Below are positions 1 through 6,857 of a stretch of DNA of 14,173 nucleotides, in pieces. The notes beneath the pieces were generated by a model, which was given only the letters and a program-made list of their open reading frames with translations, had not been told where the DNA came from and did not search any database. Numbering within the stretch: the stretch's first letter is position 1; each line of letters opens with the position of its first letter. The stretch covers positions 1 through 14,173 of the forward strand of contig JBFMGO010000136.1 in assembly GCA_040752695.1 (NCBI GenBank). The letters run 5' to 3'. Origin of the DNA: a bacterium (GTDB lineage Bacteria > SZUA-182 > DTGQ01). A program made the translations under genes and the position numbers.

Positions 1-107
1 ACCATTCTCCATTGAATAAATTGGGAAGAATAATTCAAAATAGTGCAAATGGTATCTTATCGTCAATATTTCATAATATTATCTGCTTTAGAACTAAAAA
101 TGCCTAC

Positions 108-133
108 ACTTGTAGACTTATGCGTTTACAAGT
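108..133. terminator. Inverted repeat just downstream of the zinc-finger gene; possible weak terminator or operator
   Basis: ACTTGTAGAC (108-117), 6-nt loop, GTTTACAAGT (124-133): 10-bp arms with one mismatch, ending next to the stop codon at 135. AT-rich with no clear U-tract. Confidence 0.3.
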
Positions 134-134
134 A

Positions 135-356
135 TCACAAACTAACCACCTCAACATCTATCCGGTTTTTTACTTCATGTTCTGCCTCAAGAAAACGGTC
201 TATCTCATCGAGGGTTTTAGCATGAAAGTACCGTTCTCCACATTCAGGGCAGACTTCTGCCTCCACATTTTCAACTATGTACAGCTTGCCATGAAGCCAG
301 TGTTGCTTTTTGACCCTCTTTTTTACTGTCTGACCGCCACACAATTCACAGGTCAT
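135..356 (-). CDS. YgiT-type (MqsA N-terminal-like) zinc-finger protein
   Basis: 73 aa with CxxC (CELC) and CxxCGE (CPECGERYF) and the typical 'LYIVENVEAEVC' strand; GGAGAG RBS before the ATG. Confidence 0.88.
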   Translation of the reverse strand: MTCELCGGQTVKKRVKKQHWLHGKLYIVENVEAEVCPECGERYFHAKTLDEIDRFLEAEHEVKNRIDVEVVSL

Positions 357-389
357 GTTCTCTCCGATAGACTGTCCCTCAATCAGGAA

Positions 390-626
390 TCACAGCCTGT
401 CACATTCATCTGGTTCAACGTCAGCCACTTTAGAAAGGGCCTTTTCAAACTTTGAGCGATCCCCAGACTTTGCCCTTTCCTTCAGGTATTCTTCCGTATC
501 GAGGGCAGATAGCTTTTCAGCCAAAGCGGTTGTAATAAGCTGATTAATGGAGATATTCTCCCGCTTGGCTAGTACCTTGATTCTCGTATGGATCGACTCT
601 GGCAGCCTTATACTTATGGTACTCAT
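390..626 (-). CDS. Ribbon-helix-helix (CopG/HicB-like) antitoxin
   Basis: 78 aa; N-terminal 'STISIRLPESIH...LAKRENISINQLITTALAEKL' RHH signature; acidic C-terminal tail; 4-bp ATGA overlap with the PIN gene. Confidence 0.85.
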   Translation of the reverse strand: MSTISIRLPESIHTRIKVLAKRENISINQLITTALAEKLSALDTEEYLKERAKSGDRSKFEKALSKVADVEPDECDRL

Positions 627-1054
627 GACACCTCTCCAATTTCAAGTAATAGTTCTTTGGGCGTTAAAACCCGAATGCCAAAGTATTGCTCGACATTCCT
701 AAAATCTTTTTCGTTGTACGTTATGATCATATCGCATTGGGAAGTTACCGCCAATTCCAGCACCATATCATCTTTTGGGTCCTTCAGGAATGGACGCCAT
801 AGATAAAAGATCTTTCGCCACTTCGAGACGCTACAGATGTAATTGAGGATGTCGTCTATATCCTCTGCTGTTAAGGCCGTTCCTCCAATCAATTCTTTGG
901 CAACCGCTTCGTATTCAAGTAATAACGGGACAGATAGATTGATGTTAAACTTACCCTGGCCGATCATGGACAGTAACCTGAATGAAGCTCCTCGCCTCGA
1001 TTTGAGAGCGGCAATCAGTACATTTGTGTCTACGACAATCTCTGGCATTCTCAT
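623..1054 (-). CDS. PIN-domain (VapC-like, PIN_3 type) putative toxin/ribonuclease
   Basis: Motifs 'IVVDTNVLIAAL', 'LLLEYE', 'DPKDDMVLELA', 'IITYNEKDF'. Start moved from 1078 to ATG 1054 (alternative 1048) because the promoter lies at 1062-1090. Confidence 0.9.
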   Translation of the reverse strand: MRMPEIVVDTNVLIAALKSRRGASFRLLSMIGQGKFNINLSVPLLLEYEAVAKELIGGTALTAEDIDDILNYICSVSKWRKIFYLWRPFLKDPKDDMVLELAVTSQCDMIITYNEKDFRNVEQYFGIRVLTPKELLLEIGEVS

Positions 1055-1055
1055 A

Positions 1056-1079
1056 TATGGTATTGTATATGATACCATA
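1056..1079. promoter_or_regulatory. Palindromic operator, likely the antitoxin autorepression site
   Basis: TATGGTAT (1056-1063), N8, ATACCATA (1072-1079): perfect 8-bp inverted repeat overlapping the -10 element. Confidence 0.7.
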
Positions 1080-1090
1080 GATTATGTCAA
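1062..1090 (-). promoter_or_regulatory. sigma70 promoter of the PIN-RHH-ZnF operon
   Basis: Minus strand reads TTGACA (1090-1085), 17 nt, TACAAT (1067-1062): perfect -35, 5/6 -10, optimal spacing. Confidence 0.85.
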
Positions 1091-1139
1091 TGGCTATTAT
1101 GCTGTCAGTAAAGGCATAGATGAGCTTTGAGTCGGGTGG

Positions 1140-1255
1140 ATTTAACGTATTAAGGTGAGCTGTGCGGTTTATCTATCTGAATTGGTTTAACTTACAGGAA
1201 ATCACCCCGCATCCGGCCCCCAGCATGCCGTCCAGCTCCTAGCATCCTGATATTT
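1140..1255 (+). other. Degenerate integron attC-like site
   Basis: ATTTAAC (1140-1146) fits RYYYAAC. GAGCTG (1157-1162) pairs with CAGCTC (1233-1238) and CGG with CCG. The position expected for GTTRRRY reads GATATTT (1249-1255). Confidence 0.4.
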
Positions 1256-1282
1256 TTAAGAAAAAACCGATGAATAAACCAA

Positions 1283-1861
1283 ATGAAAAAGATACTCGGA
1301 CTTGGGTTACGTCTGGCTTTTGTGTGTGCTCTGGCTGCAGGAATCCTGGCCTCTGTCTACCGGGTGACCAGCCCTATCATCGAGGAAGGTGCCAGGCAGG
1401 AGAAGCTCAGAAAGCTTCGCTTTGTGTTACCGGGGGCGGATCGGCTGGAGGTAAGGCAGATAAAAGGAAGGGAGATTACGCTGGGCTATGCGGGACAGGA
1501 ACTGGTTGAAGCTGCCATTGAGGTAGCTCCGCACGGGTACAGCGGGTCAATTCGCCTGCTGGTTGGGGTTTCGACCACAGGGAGGGTAGTGCGGCGCATC
1601 GCTGTCTTATCCGATAAGGAAACTCCGGGGCTGGGGAACAAGATCCACGATTACTGGTTCTTGCAGCAGTTTGTAGGCAAGGATGCAGAGCACCTCCAGC
1701 TTAAAAAGGATGCGCCGCAAGGGACGATAGATGCTATCTCCGCAGCTACCATCTCTTCGCGGGCTGTAACCAACGGGGTTCAGCAGGCCGTAAGGGATGT
1801 GCAGGACTTGCTGGCGGATTTATCGAGTTTACGTGAAGGAACAGCAAAAAACCGAGGATAA
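1283..1861 (+). CDS. rnfG: Rnf electron transport complex subunit G (FMN-binding)
   Basis: N-terminal TM anchor; 'GYSGSIRLLVGV', 'ETPGLG' and the flavinylation-type motif 'DAISAATISSRAV'; directly upstream of rnfE-rnfA. Confidence 0.9.
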   Translation: MKKILGLGLRLAFVCALAAGILASVYRVTSPIIEEGARQEKLRKLRFVLPGADRLEVRQIKGREITLGYAGQELVEAAIEVAPHGYSGSIRLLVGVSTTGRVVRRIAVLSDKETPGLGNKIHDYWFLQQFVGKDAEHLQLKKDAPQGTIDAISAATISSRAVTNGVQQAVRDVQDLLADLSSLREGTAKNRG

Positions 1862-1871
1862 AAACCGAGGA
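1847..1871 (+). repeat. Short tandem duplication across the rnfG stop codon
   Basis: AAAAACCGAGGA at 1847-1858 and 1860-1871. Confidence 0.7.
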
Positions 1872-1915
1872 ATAAAAATGAGAGAAGGTCCACCCTGCCG
1901 AAAGAGGAACAGATC

Positions 1916-2518
1916 ATGCCAACAACATGGAAAGACTTCACCACCGGGATCATCAGGGAAAATCCGACGCTTCGCCTCATGATCGGCTTATGTCCCACCC
2001 TGGCTGTTTCAACCACAGCTACCGGCGCTTTAGGTATGGGCCTGGCCACTACCTTTGTGCTGGTGGGGTCAAATCTGAGCATTTCCCTTTTTCGGAAGCT
2101 TATTCCCATTGAGTTGCGCATTCCCATCTTCATTGTCATTATTTCCACCTTCGTCACTACCATCGATTACGTGATGATGGCCTACTTTCCTGCAATCCAT
2201 CGCACCCTGGGGGTTTACGTCCCTTTGATCGTGGTCAACTGCATAATCCTGGGTCGCGCCGAAGCCTTTGCCTACCATCATACTGCTCTTTCATCCATCC
2301 TGGACGGCCTGGGGATGGGGACCGGGTTTACCGGCGGAATCACTCTCCTTGGGATCTTCCGTGAGGTTCTGGGCAACAACACTTTCTTCCAGGTTTCTGC
2401 CCTGGGCACTCATTTTCAGCCCATGATCTTGATGATCCTGCCTCCCGGTGCCTTCCTGCTTATTGGTTTTCTGATAGCCGGGTTAAATGCTGTCACCCGC
2501 AAAGGGGGCAAGGGATGA
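1916..2518 (+). CDS. rnfE: Rnf electron transport complex subunit E
   Basis: Polytopic membrane protein with 'ENP..LMIGLCPTLAVS', 'LRIPIFIVII', 'PLIVVNCIILGRAEAFA', 'ILPPGAFL'. Confidence 0.95.
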   Translation: MPTTWKDFTTGIIRENPTLRLMIGLCPTLAVSTTATGALGMGLATTFVLVGSNLSISLFRKLIPIELRIPIFIVIISTFVTTIDYVMMAYFPAIHRTLGVYVPLIVVNCIILGRAEAFAYHHTALSSILDGLGMGTGFTGGITLLGIFREVLGNNTFFQVSALGTHFQPMILMILPPGAFLLIGFLIAGLNAVTRKGGKG

Positions 2519-2572
2519 AGAGTAAAATGATAAATGATAAATGATGAAGGGTGAAGGGTGAAGGGCGAAGAG
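2514..2572 (+). repeat. Heptamer tandem tract in the rnfE-rnfA spacer
   Basis: (AAATGAT)x3 followed by about three TGAAGGG-like units and CGAAGAG. Confidence 0.75.
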
Positions 2573-2583
2573 GAGAACAAACC

Positions 2584-3171
2584 ATGAAGCAGATGTTTCT
2601 TATTTTTTTTGCAGCATTGATCGTCAATAATATACTTCTTGTCCGGTTTCTCGGTCTTTGCTCTTTTTTCGGCATTTCCCATAAGATAGAAAACTCTCTC
2701 AGCATGGGACTGGCGGTGACCTTTGTTATGACAATGGCCTCATTGGTCACCTGGCCCCTTTATCATTACCTGCTCAAGCCCTATAACCTGGTGTATTTGA
2801 GAACTATCTTTTTTGTACTGGTTATCGCCTCGCTGGTTCAGTTCGTGGAGATGTTCATGAAAAAAACCATGCCTGCCCTTTACCAGACTCTGGGGATCTT
2901 TCTCCCGCTGATCACCACGAACTGCGCCATTCTCGCCGCCGCTTTTCTCGGCATTGATTACAACTATACCCTGTTGCAGAGTCTGGTCTATACGGCCGGA
3001 GTTTCAGGAGGGTATGTCATGACTATCGTTATCTTTGCCTCCCTACGGGAGCGGATCGACCGTGCTCCAATTCCGCCTGCCTTTCAGGGCTATCCTATCG
3101 CTTTTATTCTTGCCAGTCTACTTTCCCTGGCTTATCTGGGATTTGTGGGTATGTTCGGCTTACAATTGTAA
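2584..3171 (+). CDS. rnfA: Rnf electron transport complex subunit A
   Basis: 'NNILLVRFLGLCSFFG', 'MGLAVTFV', 'IASLVQFVEM', 'LGIFLPLITTNCAIL'. Start set to ATG 2584, after an AGGAG RBS. Confidence 0.95.
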   Translation: MKQMFLIFFAALIVNNILLVRFLGLCSFFGISHKIENSLSMGLAVTFVMTMASLVTWPLYHYLLKPYNLVYLRTIFFVLVIASLVQFVEMFMKKTMPALYQTLGIFLPLITTNCAILAAAFLGIDYNYTLLQSLVYTAGVSGGYVMTIVIFASLRERIDRAPIPPAFQGYPIAFILASLLSLAYLGFVGMFGLQL

Positions 3172-3258
3172 GGCCAAATCGGACGAATGGTCGAATTATT
3201 ATTCTGACGTAATGAAGCTGATCATAGAGATAGGAAAAAAATGTAAGGAGAAAGAAAC

Positions 3259-3501
3259 ATGGCTGATAGAGAAAGAAAAGTCTCAGAAAATGTAGATGGA
3301 CCTTTTTATGTAGATGAAAGTTGTATCCAATGTGGTAATTGCGCTGAGGTTGCCCCTGAAAATTTTACTCAGGGTGAAGAATTTTTCTATGTCTATAAGC
3401 AGCCTGAAAACGACGAAGAAACGGAAAATTGTCAACAGGCTTTGGAAGAATGCCCTGTAGATGCCATAGGCGACGATGGAGAAAGAGGAGGCGGAGAGTA
3501 G
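3259..3501 (+). CDS. Small acidic single-cluster [4Fe-4S] ferredoxin
   Basis: 'YVDESCIQCGNC' (CxxCxxC) plus distal 'ECPVDAI'; the second cluster motif is degenerate (EVAP); AAGGAG RBS. Confidence 0.9.
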   Translation: MADRERKVSENVDGPFYVDESCIQCGNCAEVAPENFTQGEEFFYVYKQPENDEETENCQQALEECPVDAIGDDGERGGGE

Positions 3502-3632
3502 GAAAACAGGCAGAGGGCAGGGGAAAAAAGAAGAGAAAGCAGGAGATCAGGAAACGGGGAGGAGAGGGGCTGAGATAAGGAGATTCCGGGATGAGATAAG
3601 AATTCTGGAGTAAATGAAAAAGGGAATGGGAA

Positions 3633-4043
3633 TTGAAGCAATCAATCGAGCAGGTAAAAAAATTTATACTGGAGCAATCGAGCCTGGCTATTATCGGTAC
3701 TGCCGATCAGGAAGGGTTCCCTCATCTGGCTATGGAAAGAGGAGTTCGATGGGTCAGGGAAAAAACGGTTGAGTTTGAAAGCTGGTTTTGTGAAACTACT
3801 GTAAAAAATCTAAGGGAAAATCCCAAAGTTTCCGTAGCCATATTTGATCAAAAGACCCAAAAAGGATACCAACTGCTGGGCCGGATAGAATCCATCCACG
3901 AGGGCGCAATCTTAGATGGATATATCCCAGGGGAAAAACCGGGAGAGCAGGACATCCCTTCCCAGGCATATCGAATCGATATAGCTATTGAGAAGATTTT
4001 GTTTTTTTCCAGCGGACCACATTCCGATGGTGCCTTGCTCTGA
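3633..4043 (+). CDS. Pyridoxamine 5'-phosphate oxidase-like FMN-binding split-barrel protein
   Basis: 'AIIGTADQEGFPHL', 'TVKNLRENPKVSVAIFD', 'GYQLLG'; TTG start. Confidence 0.85.
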   Translation: MKQSIEQVKKFILEQSSLAIIGTADQEGFPHLAMERGVRWVREKTVEFESWFCETTVKNLRENPKVSVAIFDQKTQKGYQLLGRIESIHEGAILDGYIPGEKPGEQDIPSQAYRIDIAIEKILFFSSGPHSDGALL

Positions 4044-4191
4044 CACCGGACAAAGGAAAACCCCTGTTGTCAGAGGGAGCACGTACAAAAAGGACTCAAA
4101 GGGCCTTGATGGATGCGCAGGAGATACATACATTATAAAGTGCGGCTCCCTTTGAGAATAGGTTTTTTCAGGAAGGAATCAAAAATACCAG

Positions 4192-4240
4192 GCTCCACCT
4201 CCCTCCTGTCAGCGCGGGCATGGTCGGTCGGAGGTGGAGC
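4192..4240. terminator. GC-rich hairpin between convergent genes; possible bidirectional terminator
   Basis: GCTCCACCTCC (4192-4202) and GGAGGTGGAGC (4230-4240): perfect 11-bp inverted repeat with T-runs a few nt beyond it on both strands; the 27-nt loop is unusually long. Confidence 0.45.
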
Positions 4241-4267
4241 AGAATGCATTCCCTTTTTTTGCACAGC

Positions 4268-4504
4268 TCAAATCAGGTCCTTGGTGACAGCAAGCCCTGG
4301 GGTCTTTCCTGAGCCTGTGAAAAACAGACCATTTGGTTCAAATCGACTTATTAATGATGGCTGATTTTTTTGGAAGAGATCCCTTGCATCGCTGGAATAG
4401 ATTACGATAAATAGGGCTATCATAGCTACAATAAAAAAAGTAAGGCTAAAAATAATAAAGGTAAAAATAAGCTTTTTATCTGAATTACTAAAAAACAGAT
4501 GCAT
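4268..4504 (-). CDS. Hypothetical small single-pass membrane protein
   Basis: 78 aa with a strongly hydrophobic segment 'LIFTFIIFSLTFFIVAMIALFIVIY'; AAGGA upstream; no recognised family. Confidence 0.45.
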   Translation of the reverse strand: MHLFFSNSDKKLIFTFIIFSLTFFIVAMIALFIVIYSSDARDLFQKNQPSLISRFEPNGLFFTGSGKTPGLAVTKDLI

Positions 4505-4583
4505 ACTCTATTGTATCCTTAATGAATAGTTATCTCATTTCCTGACCTGAAAAAAGATTTCTGGTAATTACTCAGATTTTTGG

Positions 4584-4650
4584 TTCAGGATTAGTGTTCG
4601 GTTTCAGGGATAGCGTTCGGTTTCAGGATTAACATTCGATTTCAGGGGTA
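4584..4650 (+). repeat. 19-bp tandem repeat, about 3.5 copies, inside the left end of the MITE
   Basis: TTCAGG starts at 4584, 4603, 4622 and 4641; unit approximately TTCAGGattAgcgTTCGGT. Confidence 0.85.
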
Positions 4651-4748
4651 GAATGATGAAAATGAAACGGTTTGGCATTTTTAAGGTATGTATGCCTGGC
4701 AATTGATGCACTCATCGTTTCGTTAAGTGTGAAGACCGCCGGGCGACT

Positions 4749-4802
4749 AACCGTGAACCATGACCCATGAACCTGAACCGTCAACTATGAACCGTGAACC
4801 TG
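4749..4802 (+). repeat. 6-7-mer tandem tract inside the right end of the MITE
   Basis: AACCGTG AACCATG ACCCATG AACCTG AACCGTC AACTATG AACCGTG AACCTG. Confidence 0.85.
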
Positions 4803-4843
4803 AAAGCCTGAATAGTTACGATTTCTACCACAAACGGAGTCTG

Positions 4844-5191
4844 TCAAGACAGAATAATGACGGATGAAAGAAAGATGGGAAAGTAAACCCGGTCGGGGAT
4901 TTCGTGGTTAAGGCAAGATTGTCCTGAATATACAAGATCATTCAGAAACCACAAAACTGTTGAGAAGCGGACTGCTGTTTGACGTGATATTATTTCATTG
5001 AGCGGTCCTGAGCTCCTGCGTTTTAAGGTAATATTAAAATCCAACACCTCATCAGGCAATAAATGGTGGCAGTGCACATAGTTGAGAATACTGAAAGAGC
5101 AAAAAAGAAAAACAATGGAAACTACAGATAAGGTTACTGATAAGACTACCTTCTGCCTGGCGGGCGATCCATGCCTATACATACTGCACAT
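4844..5191 (-). CDS. Hypothetical small membrane protein with HCHH motif
   Basis: 115 aa; N-terminal hydrophobic helix followed by 'VHCHH'; hydrophobic C-terminus; sigma54-like promoter about 100 nt upstream. Start may be 5182. Confidence 0.5.
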   Translation of the reverse strand: MCSMYRHGSPARQKVVLSVTLSVVSIVFLFCSFSILNYVHCHHLLPDEVLDFNITLKRRSSGPLNEIISRQTAVRFSTVLWFLNDLVYSGQSCLNHEIPDRVYFPIFLSSVIILS

Positions 5192-5290
5192 ACTTAGAGA
5201 AACCTTTACTCCCTTTGGATTATCAACTGCTTGAATTGGTTAAGGATGGTTTGATTATTTTCAAAATCTACATAACCATGATGTATGAAA

Positions 5291-5306
5291 AGCAATTTTA
5301 ATGCCG
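5291..5306 (-). promoter_or_regulatory. sigma54 (RpoN) -24/-12 promoter
   Basis: Minus strand reads CGGCATTAAAATTGCT: GG-N10-GC spacing, matching TGGCAC-N5-TTGC at most positions. Confidence 0.6.
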
Positions 5307-5603
5307 TCTTCTTAACTGTGCAGCGTACTTATGAAACCAGGAAAAAGACAAGGGAAAAAGCATAGATAGGGGATGATTCGATAATAAAGGTATATGAAAA
5401 AGATTACATATGCTGCAAGAAGATGCAACGGATCTTTTCTGTTTCCATCCTGCACAGCAGGGCAAGGCCATAAATTAATTATCTGATTGCAGGAAGAGTT
5501 TGTAAAGTATCCGATTTTTTCTTTATCGGGTTCTTTACCGATTCATAATCATAAGCAATATAATCATAAGCTCTCTAATCGTAGAGAACTGATAAGAATA
5601 ATC

Positions 5604-6857
5604 ATGAGTGACTTCCCTTATCCGGGCTTACGTCCTTTCCGGCGGGACGAGACGGACATTTTCTTTGGCCGGGAAGAGCAGGTGGATCAGCTTCTTGAAC
5701 GGCTTGACCAATCTCGTTTTCTGGCCGTGGTCGGCCCGTCGGGATGCGGCAAATCATCGCTGGTTCAGGCAGGTCTGTTTGCAGCCCTTGAAACCGGCTT
5801 TCTGGTCAGTGCCGGAGTGCGGTGGAGGACAGCCAAGACGCGGCCTGGTACGTGTCCCATGCGGCATCTGGCCAAAGCTCTGGTTAAGAAATCGGCCCTG
5901 GGACCGGAGAGAGGGGAAGACGACGAGAGTGCAGCTTTTTTGCTGGCTACCCTGCGAAGGGGGCCTTTGGGTCTTATTGATGCCCTCTCTATGACACTTC
6001 TACCTCAGGGTACGAATTTACTCATTCTAGTGGATCAATTCGAGGAGATCTTTCGCTACCGCCAGCAGTATAGCCTCGATGAGGCCGAAGCCTTTGTGGC
6101 TTTGCTTCTGGCCGCGACACAGCAAAAAACTCTGCCCGTATATGTGGTTATTACCATGCGGTCGGATTTTTTGGGAGATTGCGCCCTATTTCGCGGTCTT
6201 CCAGAGGCAATAGACGAGGGGCAGTTCCTGACGCCCCGTCTCAGCAGGGAACAGTGCCGGGCAGCCATTATCGGACCTGCCGAAGTATTCGGCGGCGAAG
6301 TCGAACAGGCCCTGGTCAACCGGCTCCTGAACGATATGGGAGAGGACTCCGAGCAATTACCCCTTTTTCAGCATGCCCTGATGCGTATGTGGAGAGAGGC
6401 AGGCAAAAGGGCAGAGCACCCTATCCTTACTCTCGGGGATTACGAGGCGATCGGCGGCCTGGAAAATGCCCTGTCAAATCATGCCGATGAAGCTTTCGAG
6501 GAACTGGATGAAAAGCAAAAAACTATTGCCGAAGTGCTCTTTCGCTCCTTAAGCGAGCGATCCGAAAGTCTGCGGGATACCCGCCGGCCGAGCCGGTTAT
6601 CCGAGATAGTAAAGGTGGCAGGGGTGCACCCTGAGCAGGTTAAGGAGGTAGTGGATATCTTTCGCAGACCGGACCGCAGCTTTCTTACCCCTCCTGCCGG
6701 TATCCCCCTGACCTCAGAAACAATCATCGATATCAGCCACGAGAGCCTGATTCGTCTGTGGAAGCGGCTAAACACGTGGGTGGAGGTGGAGGCAGATTCA
6801 GCCGATACCTATATTCCCGTCCCGGCATCGGCTCGTCCAATCATTACATCCATTTGA
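5604..6857 (+). pseudogene. C-terminally truncated nSTAND1-family ATPase (paralog of the gene at 10619)
   Basis: Starts 'MSDFPYPGLRPF'; Walker A GPSGCGKS; Walker B 'LILVDQFEEIF'; 'DISHESLIRLWKRL'. Similarity to the full copy stops at '...EADSADTY' (~6812); the last 14 aa are antisense peptidase sequence. No TM or WD40 part. Confidence 0.85.

Larger units (their letters stand above)
4564..4819. mobile_element. Non-autonomous MITE-like insertion (256 bp)
   Basis: Terminal inverted repeats GTAATTACTCAG (4564-4575) and CTGAATAGTTAC (4808-4819), 10/12 match. Flanking direct repeats GATTTCTG (4556-4563) and GATTTCTA (4820-4827). No transposase ORF. Confidence 0.7.

Noticed and set aside
1065..1092. 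dif/Xer-like site (TTATGTCAAT resembles a XerD arm)
   Set aside because: The XerC arm is poor, and the sequence is fully explained by the TTGACA -35 and the TA operator.
12..1130. Plus-strand ORFs 12-455, 355-543, 588-806 and 843-1130
   Set aside because: Antisense to well-supported TA genes, with no recognisable motifs.
1727..1765. RnfG flavinylation motif SAAT instead of SGAT as a sign of inactivation
   Set aside because: The acceptor Thr and flanking D...ISS are intact, and Ala at this position is a plausible natural variant.
4133..4270. In-frame continuation past the TGA of the 78-aa ORF (selenocysteine or readthrough)
   Set aside because: No Cys/Sec-type motif context, and the nearest strong hairpin starts about 28 nt after the UGA, farther than expected for a bacterial SECIS.
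4584..4650. 19-bp periodic repeat as a CRISPR array
   Set aside because: Units are contiguous with no unique spacers, too short, and there are no cas genes; better explained as internal repeats of the MITE.
5487..5603. N-terminal extension of STAND copy 1 from the TTG at 5487
   Set aside because: The paralog starts at the equivalent MSDFPY ATG, and this stretch corresponds to its non-coding leader.
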